From: Octopus vulgaris
Taxonomy: Eukaryota
NCBI GenBank assembly: GCA_951406725.2
Contig: OX597816.1
Span: forward strand, 133,734,001-133,798,000
Length of the DNA: 64,000 bases
Direction: 5' to 3'
Shown: in pieces, positions 26,810 through 39,687 of the stretch
How the letters are laid out: each line of letters opens with the position of its first letter
Numbering within the stretch: position 1 is the first letter of the stretch
The notes under the pieces: model-generated
Databases searched by the model: none
Seen by the model: only the letters and a program-made list of their open reading frames with translations
What the model was told of the DNA's origin: nothing
Position numbers and translations under genes: made by a program

Positions 26810-27730
26810 AGGAAATATATATATATATATATATATATATATTGATATACAAGAGTAAAATCCAAGGATCCAAGAGTAGGAAGTTTATAAGCTTCAAGCA
26901 GTCTGCAGCATGTATAGAGAACAAAAAGTGAACAGTGTATGATCAGGGACAATAACAATTTATTGGTGTTGAAGGTTACACACTCTTTCTCATATTGAAG
27001 TTACAAGGAAATTCGATAAGCTGAAAGTTTCTGTATAGCTCACAGTCAGCATCCAGAGTTGCTACAAATGTGAATAAAAATCCAAATTGAGGGAGTGGAA
27101 TGAGTAAAATGCAGGCTACATATGTTTCTTAGCTGATCCTCTGATGTAATAATTACTCAATGAGGAATGTTCAACTTAGCTAATCATCAGGCCGAGTTTA
27201 CCTTCATTAAATGAAGATTACATTGTTGCTTAGAATTTCCAAGTTAACTCACCACAAAGGTGGGTTGAAATCTTGACCTGATGATTAGCTAAGTTGAGCA
27301 TCCGGTGCCCCAAATGGCGGTGCCCCAGCATGGCCACAGCTCATAAGCTGAAACTAGAATCAATCAATCAATCAATCCCTCATTGAATAACTATTACATC
27401 AGAGGGTCAGCTAGCTAAGAAAGAAATGTAGCCTGCAATTTATCCATTCCACTCCCTCAATCTGGATGCATGTGTGCAAGGATGTGCACAAGGATACAAG
27501 TGTGTATATGTACGTGTATGTGTCCTTGAGTTTGCCCCATCACCGTCACTTGACAACTGATGTTGGTTTGTTTATATATCCCCAACCTAGTAGTTCTGCA
27601 AAAGAGACCAATAGAATAAGTACTAAACTTAAAAAATGAATACTGGTGTTGATTTGTTCAACTAAATCCTTCAAGGCAGTACCCCAACATGGCTGCAATT
27701 CGATGACAGAAGCAAGTAAAAGATAAAAGA
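26577..27730 (+). mobile_element. SINE family B split by insertions (head 26577-26735, tail ~27500-27730)
   Basis: Head and tail match 17708-18096; separated by expanded microsatellites and about 650 bp of inserted DNA. Confidence 0.65.
27080..27467. mobile_element. Palindromic MITE-like element with ~110-bp arms, interrupted by a retroposon tail (27304-27378)
   Basis: 27080-27191 is the imperfect reverse complement of 27277-27467 once 27304-27378 is removed. Confidence 0.8.
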
Positions 27731-28544
27731 TGAGTAAATTCTTCATAAATAAATCTAATTAGTGTTATGTCAACAGAAAGTAAAGATTAAAATGATTCAT
27801 TTTTTTTTCTTTCACTATCTTATCACTGTTACTAAAATTTAAGTATTGAATTTCTAGGGAGAAAACAATGAATTATGTATTGAGGTGTATATTTTTTTCA
27901 GTTTATTTTTATCACAGATTTTTAATTGTCTGCATATAAAAAGCAGTGCTTTTTAGCCTCTCATCCTTGACCCTACCACCCATCTCAGCTAGATGAGTGT
28001 ATAAGGGTAAGAGAGTAGAAGTAAGCAGTTAATATTCGGTTCAAAATCTTGAAAGTTCCTGGTTGATAGGAAAACATGGGGTAAAGGAGTGAAGGAAAAA
28101 CATGAGTAGAGAAAGATGCAAACAAACAAGATGAAAAATTACATTAAGCATTTAATGGGTCAGACTAACAGACAGTATGTTGTTGTAAAATAATACAACT
28201 TTGCAGCTTTGGTGAAATGTGGGTATATGTGTATACACACACACAACCTACATATGCATGTATTTATGATTTTGCTTTGCTATAACAATACTAATAACTT
28301 GTATGTTAAGATTCAATATGTTTCAGAATAAAGCATTAGGTGGGCACAGAGGACGACAATGGGACAGGAACTACATAATCAACTTCATTCTTGTCAATTC
28401 TATTAATTTCACATACAAACACAGACAAAAAAAAGCATTTGGTACAAACTTAGAATGTCCTTTTTGTTCATTTCCATATGATTTGAGAGACTCACACACA
28501 ACAAAGTTAGTAATGATCCAAAATTTCTAAACTAATTACTAGAA

Positions 28545-30260
28545 CATTTTTTGAGGAGAGTGTCATCCTCAATGAGTGGCAGCATTACAATCAACTGCTA
28601 TAAGGGTAAGGCAGATGCCATAGATAAAAATAATTACAGCGGCATCAAACTGCTGGATCAGGTCATGAAAGTTACAGAAAGAATTATAACCCAATTAATC
28701 AAGAACAGAATCAGATTAGGTGAAATGCAGTTTGGCTGTGCTGGGGAAAAGCACTACTGCTGGAATCTCTTTACAGGTAGTGGATAATTCCTGCTACCTA
28801 GGAAACCTAATTAGCAGTGAGGGAGGATGTATGGAAAATACAATTGCTAGAATAAGAATAGGAAGGAGAAAATTCAGAGGACTTTTGCTTCTGTTGGCAA
28901 TCAAAGGTCTCTTTCTGAATGAAAGGAAGACTGTATGATGCATGTGTATGAATGGTAATGCTACATAGTAGTGAGATATGGGCCCAGAATGCAGAGGACA
29001 TGCAAAGACAAGAGAGGAATGAAGCTAGTATGCACTACTGGATGTGCAATGTCAGCATACAAGTGTGACAGAGCGCTAGTGTACCGAGAGAAAAGTTAGT
29101 TGTGAGAGGAATTAAATGCAGTGTGCAAGAGAGAAGACTGTGCTGGTTTGGTCATGTGATGCACATAGCTGTAGACAACCACTAAATATGGATGGAACTC
29201 ATGGAAGAGAGATACACAAGAAGACATGGAGCAAAGTACTGAAGGCCAATTTCAAGACACTGAGCCTTATGAAAAAGATGACAAAAGACTGAAACATCTG
29301 GTACTTTGCTGTACTCAAGAAGATCCATCCACCAGAAAATCCATTGACTACAGCAGAACTAATATCTCAAACCACCTTGGTTAATGCTTGTCAGTGAGGG
29401 GCTCTGCCCTATGTGCACTTGCATACTCTGCACCATCAACCATTTCCTTGCCCCCTTTCATCCTCTAACACTTTGCCCTGCTTTCTCAGTTACCTCTTTC
29501 CCTGAATCACTTTCACTTCTCATTATCTTCCCCTGCCTACTGTCTCCACCAATCACCTCCTTTCTGTGCCTCCTCTCCACTGTGTTGTTCTTCATCATTA
29601 ACACCACTTATCTGCTATCACCCCCAATGCCCTAATATACCTACTGCAACCTCCGCCTCTGAGATTCTCCTATATTTCACTCCATCATTTGCCTCAGTCA
29701 CCTCTACTCTTCCCACCCACCCTGTCCAAACCTCTGTATCACTCCACTTATTCTCACCACCCCCTATGTCCCTCAAAGGCATGTCTCGACACATCTTCAT
29801 CACCAACTCTCACACTATTGCTCTCTAACTTACTCTCCTTTTTCAACTGGAGTATTTATGTATGTACTCTGCAGCAGGACACCTAATCCTGTACTTTTAT
29901 ACCTCTAATCTCTCATCAACAGGCACAAAGCCACACCCCACTCACTGCTATTTCCTTCTACACACTGAGGGGGATTTTTTTGTCTCGTAAGTTACCAGGT
30001 GACCCTGTTGGTGCTGATGCCACATAAAAAGCACTAGGGTTGGTGCCATGTAAAAAGCACCCAGTACACTCTGTAAAGTGGTTGGCAATAGGAAGGGCAT
30101 CCAGCCATAGAAACCATGTCAAAACAGACAATGGATTGTGACCCTGGCCTTACTAGCTCCTGTCAAACAGTGAAACCCATACCAGCCTGGAAAATGAATA
30201 TTAAATGATGATGATGATGACAATGATGATGATGATGATGATGATAATGGTGACGATGAT
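28545..30260 (+). mobile_element. Internally deleted RTE LINE with pyrimidine-rich 3' region and (GAT)n tail
   Basis: CYKGKADAIDKNNYSGIKLLDQVMKVTER matches the copy at 63524-63982; jumps from GKSTT to SLQVVD (RT core deleted); tail at 29980-30260. Confidence 0.85.
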
Positions 30261-30614
30261 ATCAACTGTAAAAGACTGAAATCTTTATACCCTTGGCTTT
30301 CTTTTCAAAATGTTTCGTATGGCATGCAAGATCTCTAACATGAAACATTTCACTGGAATACTGTATATGAAGCTAATATTATATATATATATAGATATAC
30401 ACACACATATATGTAAACACACACACACACACACATTATATATATATATATATATATAAAAACACACACAGATGCAAAGTTGACCTAAGCATAAAGGGAT
30501 GAAACTAAATAATACCATAAGATATTTTGTTCTCTACCCTACTGTTGATTCAATTACATTTATAAATAAATGTAATTATTTAATCATTTTACATGTTTAT
30601 ATTTTACCAAGTTT

Positions 30615-30674
<60 letters not shown>

Positions 30675-30747
30675 TAGTTCCTTTATGAGAAGGAGGAAAT
30701 AGTTTCTGTTGAAGTCACCAGTATTCTTTTTGGAGTATTCTTTAGAG

Positions 30748-30950
30748 CAGTGGTTTTCAACCAGGGTTCCACCAGTTACAGTCCAGGGGTTCTGCAATAA
30801 GTTACAAAACTGCAAAAATCAGCAGTAATTTTTAATTCTCCTCTACAGATATGTGTGCATAATACTATTAAATTATTGCACAGGGGTACCTCGAGCCAGT
30901 GGAATGTTTCCTTGGGGTTCCACTCCAGCAAAAAGTTTGAAAAAGCACTG
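30748..30950. mobile_element. hAT (Charlie-type) MITE, 203 bp
   Basis: TIRs cagtggttttcaa / ttgaaaaagcactg; perfect 8-bp TSD ctttagag at 30740-30747 and 30951-30958. Confidence 0.92.
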
Positions 30951-31610
30951 CTTTAGAGTATGGAGAGACAGCATCCCCAAAGCATCAAACTGAAACTTCT
31001 AAAAACCCCCCATCTAACCAGTAACATTGTATGAGTGCTGTTCATGGACCCTAAGGTAGCTGGCAGCATGCATTTAAGATGTTCTACAGGTAAACACTGG
31101 ATCAGCTGAGCTGCACATAGAATGAATAAGTCAAATCTGGAGGAGGAGGTTGAGAAGTGGATGACAATGGCCAGACAGTGAAAACAGCCAAATTTTGCAA
31201 CTGTAGTTACATCCCTACCATGGTTTTATATTTGTGTCCAGATATTTGGACAGTGATCTTTAACTGCCATTTTCAGAGAGTTTATGCCTCAAGAGTTTCC
31301 GTAGTTTTTCTTTATAATTTTATAGTTATTGCTGTTATTATCAATGCTACACTGTTTGAATTCATTTATTTGTTTTCCTTAACTGAATACTTTTATTATA
31401 ATTTTATTAATTTTATATTGTCAGATTTTGGGCAGAATCCATGTATTTACTCACAAATGCCCCACACATACAGATACACCATACAAACAAATAATACACA
31501 CACACACAAGTATATCATAAATGTGTGTGTGTGTGTGTGTGTATGAGAGAGAGAGAGAACTAAATTTACAAATTTATATTTAAAAGATTGATGAGGACAA
31601 TACTTAAGAA

Positions 31611-31662
<52 letters not shown>

Positions 31663-32444
31663 AAATAAATTCAGACATCAAAGTCTACATACTTCTAGCA
31701 AAGTACCGTTATATTTTTGCAGAAAGGAAATTGTGTGCTTATGCATGTGTGTACAATAAACAAGTATTTGCTTATATGTATATACACATGCATATATATA
31801 TATATGCAGGTGTATATATACATACACACACACATACATATGTGTGTGTGTGTGTGTGTGTATGTGCATACAAATGCTATTTGCATGTACAAACACATAT
31901 TACATGCATATACACAGAAAATTACTCTTCACAGAAATAACTATGTTTCTCAGAAGCTGCATTATTTTAACTTTGAAATTTTTATTATTATTATAATTAT
32001 TATTATTATTATTTCAAGTTTAAATAACACTTAGACCCCAAAGTACAAAATAAAACAGTAAATTTTTAATCAAACAAACAGTAAAAATAAAATATTTATG
32101 ACCTTAGAAAATTGTCTTCCAACCTAACAAATTGATTGTGTGTGTGTGTGTGTGAATACAAATTTCCATAAAAAATATTTTTTTAACATGTGCGCACTTA
32201 TACACATATATTTGGAAAACAGCAAGTAATATCTATAAAGCACAATCTTCAAAAACATAAAAAAAAAGTATGAGTCATACACTGCTGATATAAATCAAAT
32301 TTCTAGTTCCAATATAAATTACCAAGTAAGCTCATTCTCCATATCAACCAGTATACCAATAGAAAGAAGAAAAGAGATTTTAGTGTTGGTTTCAGTAACA
32401 CAAACACACTGAATACATATTTCAAATAGTAGCAAGTGTTCTTT

Positions 32445-32632
32445 ACATGTAGGCCAGCCCTGAAGGAAATCCAACCATGACTATCCCGTCTTTTTTTTTT
32501 TTTTTTTTTCAGAAATAATAAATCCAGAACACACTATCTAATGTGTCCTTCCTGTCTTAAGAGAGAGTAGGGGCGTGATCTAAAGATTTGACAGCTATTT
32601 GTAGCAGATTGAGTAACTACATAGAGGCTCCT
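32445..32632 (-). mobile_element. Probable short interspersed repeat
   Basis: Recalled as a common octopus repeat (ggagcctctatgt...gacgggatagtcatgg); single copy here, so not verifiable within the window. Confidence 0.4.
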
Positions 32633-32880
32633 TAAGCTCGATTTCAAACTGTCATTCATGATGGTGGTGGTGTGAGGGTGTTGTGGTGGGTGAAAGAGAA
32701 AAAGAAGAACAGCGTAAAATAGAGTTTTTATTTTGTGTGCATTTAGTTTATTGTATTGCAATTTCAAGTTAAACCAGTATGCAAACATGTATGCATGTAT
32801 GAGTGCACACACATACATACATACAAATCAAACAATAAGTATATTGTGCATGAGTAAAACAAAAATATTAAACAGATACA

Positions 32881-32916
<36 letters not shown>

Positions 32917-33374
32917 ATGTGTGTTTGTGTACGTATGTACACTTTTGTGTATATTACATCGTAAAATATATTCTGAGACAAAATAATATCATTAAGCAAT
33001 GTGTTTTGGTTTTGTTTTCTGATAAATAATTGTCTAACCTAAGCTACATTTAGTCACTAAAAGAAAGTTAAACTGCTATTTCTTTAAAATCAAAATTGAA
33101 ATTACATGTTTTAATATTTAAAAAAAAAACATTTGCAAAATACAAAAACCACATATGAAACAATATAAAAATGGAAATATCAACTGAAAATATTTTAACC
33201 AAATTTAAGGACAAAATCACACACACACACACACATACACAAATGTGCGTACAGGCGTGTGTGTGTGTGCACACATGTGAGTATGTATGTAGAATGGAAC
33301 CTAAGAAAGGAAATCAATAAATGATTTAACTTGACCAAAAATAACAACAGAATAAAAATAGTCCAGGTACTAAC

Positions 33375-33466
33375 CGCTTATAGCAGTAATTCTTATCCAT
33401 AAACAAAGATGCCAGGTATTTCCCCCAAAATGACCACCAAATTCTAGAGATGCTAAAGCTTTCCAT
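33375..33466 (-). CDS. Candidate alternative first coding exon A: MESFSISRIWWSFWGKYLASLFMDKNYCYK(R), phase-2 donor
   Basis: ATG at 33466 with an in-frame TGA upstream; 92 nt open frame ending CG|gttagt; unique, locally GC-richer upstream block to ~33810 with a tttctttttcag|tt acceptor/Inr-like site. Confidence 0.5.
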
Positions 33467-33879
33467 AATCAGCTGACTGAATGTGAAATATACACCACGC
33501 TGTTCTGCAGGTCAGGTAGACAAAGAATACTCAAAGCTGAGTAGAAATAATGAGATATTGACTGTAGATAAATAACAGACATGCTAAAAGTGGATGATGA
33601 AGTAGCTGTTGAGCAGGGAAATGGTGACCTTCAAATTTTCCTCATTTAAGTTGATTAGTAAAGAACAGGAACACTGTTTTGTAATTGTTGCTTCAACAGA
33701 AGAGTTATATCACTTTTACAGTGCATCAGCATAACCAGCATCATTACTGCTGCAACAATGTCACAATTCTAGCTAACTTGTGCAATAAGATGTAGTAAGA
33801 AGTAAACTGAAAAAGAAACACCCAGGAGTAGGAAGGGAGGAGGAGAATGTTTTACTTCTTTATGGAAACAGTGAAAGTA

Positions 33880-34110
33880 AACATGTTCTATTCCAGTAGA
33901 TAATTTTATTTTGATTCCTATTTAAATGTAAACAGTGAAATTCTATCTTAACATGTTTTATTCTAGTAAATAAATTTATTTTGATTCCTATTTAAATGTA
34001 AACAGTGAAATTCTATCTTAACATGTTTTATTCTAGTAAATAAATTTATTTTGATTCCTATTTAAATGTAAACAGCGAAATTCTGTCTATTTCTTAAATG
34101 TAAACAGTTT
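33880..34110. repeat. 70-bp tandem repeat, about 3 copies
   Basis: ttgattcctatttaaatgtaaacag recurs at 33911, 33981 and 34051. Confidence 0.95.
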
Positions 34111-34614
34111 TATTCTCATTCATAAATAGTGTTTTTTTGTTTGTTTTTAATAAATAAAAAAGAATAATAGAAGCCCCATACCAAATAAAAGCAAGGTCAC
34201 AGGCATTCATATTTAAAAATAAAGAAATAAAATCTAGGAGAAGCACAAAATAAGGGTCACAGAAATGGCTCTAAGAAATAAGTTACAGGAACAGAACTGT
34301 AAATTTACAAATGATAAGAAAAGACAAATAAATGTATATATGAAGTGTAATATTAAATTAACAATCACAAAAAGTGATTTTAATTCATAAGGAGTATTAC
34401 ATATAGACTTACATATCATATAATGCTAATGGTTTGGCAGAAAATACACTTGCTATTTTTTCTAGTCTTTTCCATTTCAGGTGCTTGTTATTTCCCCAAC
34501 ATAGGGAGCATGAATTACATTCAGTTAAAATTAATATTTACATCTTTTGTATAGTCTCAAGGCTAACTTCAATGGAAGTGTTAATACAACTGATCCCTAA
34601 AACAAAACTACCAT

Positions 34615-34880
34615 CCTCTTCATCATTGTTTTAATGTAAACCATTCCATGCTTGTATGAGTCAGACAGAATTCATAGAGGCAGATTTTCTACAGCCAGAT
34701 GCTCTTCCTGTCACTAACCTCTTACTTGTTTCCAAGCAAGGTAATATTTCCTCATGGCCAAACAAGCTTTTACAGCAGGTTGGGTATAAAGGCCATTGTT
34801 TGTATGACAGTGAAGATTTCTTATGATGTAGTGCATGATGCCAAGACAAGGAGACACAAACACATACATATACACATGCA
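34615..34880 (-). mobile_element. SINE 3' portion with (GAT)n-type tail
   Basis: Homologous to 38160-38370, 51850-52100 and 56422-56690. Confidence 0.75.
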
Positions 34881-34959
34881 CACACATACACATACACATT
34901 TAGATTATTTGCAAACAACTTGCAGATACAAGGGCTACCAGCCGAAAGTTCTACATACC

Positions 34960-35280
34960 AAACACTAGCAGGCTTATGGGGTCATCAGGAGAGAATGCAT
35001 GCCATTTCAAGGCCTTCCTCTTGACACTAATGCATACTAGCCCCACTTGCTAGATCAACTAGTTTGTAGGCTTCAATCAATATTCTTCTAGCCACTGTTC
35101 ATCATCTCTTTTTAACTAAATCTAGTGGCTTGCCTTCTCCACTGTAGCCTGGATATCGCTTGTGATTGTATTTGCTTTACATTGAGTTAGGCCTAATATC
35201 AACCATCACTTCATTCTGTTTCCAATGAATCCTCTATTTTCCAGCCTGCATCTTTACGAACCAGATTATGCCTCCAACAA
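34960..35280 (-). mobile_element. 3' end of a restriction-like-endonuclease non-LTR element (HERO/NeSL-like)
   Basis: Reverse translation ...DAGWK/RGFIGNRMK*WLILGL...VEKASH*I*LKRDDEQW resembles the recalled HERO C-terminal motif GCRGF...AEKASxWLWLKR. Confidence 0.55.
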
Positions 35281-35293
35281 TATCCATCCGATG

Positions 35294-35329
<36 letters not shown>

Positions 35330-35332
<3 letters not shown>

Positions 35333-35865
35333 TCCTCATCATCATCATCATTTAACATCCGCTCTCCATGCTGGCATAGGTTAGACAGCTTGACTGGAGC
35401 TGATGAGCTGGAGAACTGCACCAGGTTCCAGTCTGATTTGGCATGGTTACTACTGCTGGATGTCCTTCCTAATGCCAGCCACTCCAGGAGCGTAATGGAT
35501 GCTTTTACGTGCCCTCAGCATGGGTGTTGTTTACATGACACAAGCAACAACCATGACTACAATTCATGGGTGCCATGTACATGTTACTGGCACTGACCAT
35601 GACTTCGATGCACAGGTGCCATTTACATGGCACTGGCAGTGACCACAATGATTTCCAGGTGACATTTACATGATACCATCAACAACCATGACTGCGGTGC
35701 ACAGTTGTGTCATTTACATGGCACCAGAAACAACCATAACTACAATGCACGGGTGCTATTCACATGATACTGGCACTAAAATTACGATTTCACTTGGCCT
35801 GACAAGTTTTCTTGTGCACAGCATATCACCAGAGGTCTCAGTCACTTGTCACCACCTCTGTGAGG
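35330..35865 (-). mobile_element. RTE-tail repeat with degenerate internal tandem units
   Basis: Homologous to 61155-61700 and 24209-24760. Confidence 0.8.
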
Positions 35866-35869
35866 CTCG

Positions 35870-36040
35870 TGTGTATGATGGGCTTCTTTCAGTTTCCATT
35901 GACCAAATCCACTCACAAAGCTTTGGTCAGCTTGCAGCAACAGAAGACACTTGCCTAAGGTGATACACAACAAGACTAGGGCAGAACCCAAAACCATGTG
36001 GTTGGAAAGCAAACTACCTAACCATACAACTATGTCTACC
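35870..36040 (-). mobile_element. SINE family B head
   Basis: Reverse-complement match to 17708-17865. Confidence 0.8.
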
Positions 36041-36239
36041 ACCTAAAGGGATGAAGGGTAAAGTTAGCTGTGACAGAATCTGAACTCCGATTCAAAAAGG
36101 CTAAAATATTTTCTTAAATAATTTCAGATTGAATGTTGAAGAAAAATAGGAAAGCAGTTAAATCTGAGGCACATTGGTGATTAAGTAAAATCACTTTAAC
36201 CAAAATCTATATTATAATAAAGCCGATGTATTGTTGTTA

Positions 36240-36420
36240 AGGCAAAATGCTTAGCAGCAATTCATCTGTCTTAACATTCTAAGTTCAAATTCTGCTGAGG
36301 TTGACTTTGCCTTTCATCCTTTCAAGTTCAACACGGTAAGTACCAATTCCATACTGGGGTTGTGACTGACTTACCTCCTCTCACAAAGTTACTGACTTGT
36401 GCCAAAATTTGAAATTATCA
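36240..36420 (+). mobile_element. SINE family A (5'-truncated)
   Basis: aaaatgcttagcagc...gttcaaattctgctgaggttgactttgcctttcatcc. Confidence 0.8.
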
Positions 36421-36589
36421 TTACTATTGAATTAGTCTGGCCCTGACAGTTGAAGTTTGCAACTTGGTTTCTATTTCTGGCTGCATATATTTCTTTTGCT
36501 TATGTTGTTAATGGACTAGAGAAAGGCATTTATATCACACAAACATATTTCACATACACTACAGTTCTCAGGTGTTTTACCTAATTTTG

Positions 36590-36620
<31 letters not shown>

Positions 36621-37242
36621 AAAGGAAAAAGATCAGGGATTATAGTGAAACAAAAAGGATTCCCTTTCACATACTATTTCAAAACCTGTTTAGAGACACT
36701 TCACTTCCCTTGTGTTACTAATGTTCTAGCATAAAGCATGAATATCTCAAGACCCATTAAATCACAATTTCTTAAAAATATACAGTCTGTTTTATATTTT
36801 ATAACCATGGAGCACAATGTCAAAATAACCAGAATGCTTACATTACAAAGTCCAAAACTTAATGCCAAACTGTTCAAGATTCATGTCTCATTTGTCCTAC
36901 ATTGCCTTTCAATTACAGTAATATTCAAATACAAAGTGTCTGTAAGAGAGTGACTTAGATTATATCAACTATAAGGTAAACAATATTGTTAGGAATAACA
37001 ACTAGTATTAATTTCTACCTTACAGAAAAAGTTCCTTTTGTAAATGAGGAGAGACTATAGCTGACATGAATCTAGTATTTTATACTGGTGATACTTTTTA
37101 TTTTATTTGACCTGTAATCCTCTTCTGCCTCATCATCATTGTTGTTATCATTAATTTTATAATATCCATGTTAACAAGATGATTTGGATTAAATCAGCTA
37201 AGACCGGTATAAATACTTGCACCAGGCTGTCCATCTACATTG

Positions 37243-37447
37243 GTTTCAAATTTTGGCACAAGGCCAGCAATTCTGTTGGGGAGGGGTAAGTCATTTACAT
37301 TGACCCCAGTGCTCAACTGGTACTAATTTTATTGACCCTGAAAGGATGAAGTGTAAAGTTGACTTCAGCGGAATTTGAACTCACATAAAGATGAAATGCC
37401 ACCAAGCATTTTACCCCTGAGCTAATGATTCTGCCAGTTCACCATCT
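37243..37447 (-). mobile_element. SINE family A
   Basis: Reverse-complement match to 12725-12943. Confidence 0.85.
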
Positions 37448-38159
37448 TATAGCTTATATCTATATTATCCATTTGCATAACATGCCCAATGCAGACCTAT
37501 TAATCAATTATCTAAGCATTTAATCAGTATTTTTTTATATACTTAATTGGGGTTTCATATGTACATTGCATAACCAATAGATCATAGTAATGTTTCTTTT
37601 CCTTTTTCAAGCAGATTCTGATCTATTTCTTTCAACTGCTCTACACATTTCTGTCACACACCTTACAATAGCTTAAATCTCCAGTGATTTCTGCTCTCTT
37701 AAAGGTCATCCTCACTTGACATTGGCACAAACACTTCCATTCACCACAATTTAGAGAACATTATGTCTTTACCAGTTTCCTTGGTCTTAATCAATTTCCA
37801 AATATCTCCCACTTTAAAGCAATCATAGGTTTGGTCATAGGACAATTTTTGTTAACAGTTACATTACGGCATCAATTAAGTGAACAGGACTATTTAAAAA
37901 TCTATATGTTTGTTCAATAGCCACATTGCAATACAGGTAAGAGGACCCAATTATCATTCCTACCAATTTGAACATCTGTATCTTATTATGAAATAAAATT
38001 ATATAAAGATTATATTCAACATATTGCTCAGTAAGCATGTATAATTCAAATATTGCAATAATCAAAAATATAAAACAAAACAGTGATAGTTTTGTACTCT
38101 TTTTATAGAAATAATTTACAAGCTATGAATTACAACCTAATATATCAGTGATATTTCAA

Positions 38160-38497
38160 CATCATCATCATTTTAATGAACACTTTTCCATGCTTGCATG
38201 GGTCAGATGGAATTTATTGGGACAGATTATGGCCAGATGCCCTTCCTGTCACCAATCTTCACCAAGCAAGGTAATATTTCCCCATGGCCAGATATACTTT
38301 TCATGAAAGACTGGAAATGAACACTGCTTGTTTACAACCACTGCAAGATGTTAAAACTAGTGGACACACACACACGGACTTTTTCCACTCTCAAGATTTT
38401 GACCCACCTAGGACTATAATAGAAGACACTTGCCTAAGGTGCTGCACAGTGGGAGTGAACCTGAAACCATGTCTGGGAATAAAGCTTCTTAACCACA
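38160..38497 (-). mobile_element. SINE: family B head with (GAT)n-type tail
   Basis: Head remnant 38380-38497, tail 38160-38370. Confidence 0.75.
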
Positions 38498-39643
38498 AAT
38501 TAAATAATTTTAGATATAAGAAGTGGAAAGATTAAGCTCTTAATCAAAACGCCATTCAAAAATAACCAAAAATAAACATTAAGAAAAGAATTAGCAAATA
38601 ATAGGATTTTTGGAATTGAAATTAACATCTAGTTCTTAGGTGATGAAATGCAACTGAAATGTTAAAAACATTTCACTACATTATGGGTTCCTTCATAGTA
38701 AAAAGAAAAATATTGATTCCAGAACTATTTATGTTCAAAAATCTCTACTTTGAATCCAGATTGTAATTTATAGTTAATAGGTACATTTTCTTCGAAGAAT
38801 CAATGCCTAATCATGATATTGGCTAACAGATTGCTAAAAATACTGTAATTTGCTCTTCTTAAACAAGTTGACATTATAAAAGATTACTAGCTAGAGAGCA
38901 CCTAAACTGAGATGAAATAAAATGAAACATTCTCAGAAATATCCTACTTAATATCGGAAGGAAAAGACATAAAAAGGGAAACAAAATACAAAAATAATGA
39001 ACCAGTCTATTTGGATCACTTTACATGAATTTATAGTCAGATACTTAGAGGCAAAATATATCTACTCAAGCTTAAATACTCAAAGGTGAGCTACTCATAT
39101 ATTCATACTGAAACAAAAGCTGCCTACATGCCTTAAAGGTTAACTACCCTATACTAAATACATAAAGCAAACATCCTCACAAAGCTTAAAAGTAAGCAAC
39201 TCAGGGCTAAAACAAACTACTCAAGAGTAACAGACACCTAAAAGCAAACTATTCATACTACAATGTTCAACTAGAAATAAACTACTGGGATCTCCTGATA
39301 CAAGAAACCAATAATGCTAAGATAAGATATTCTGCTACAAGATAATTACCAATGCTTGGGAATCCCAAGTATGATAATAGGCTGTTAATAACCTGCTTTA
39401 AGATAGATGGACTAGTGAAATAGCACCCATAAAAAATATTCTGTAGAGGGTTAAGTCATAAATTATTTTTCTTGGAAAAAGAGTAAATTCTTGATTTTAT
39501 TGTATATAATTATAGTTGCATATAGGTACTGTTTTATGAATGTGTTTTGGAATTTCTAGTAAATAAAGTCTTGAATGACAAAATATAGATAAACATCTAG
39601 AAATTTTTCCATAGCCATCTATGTATCACACTGAATGTGTGTG

Positions 39644-39687
<44 letters not shown>

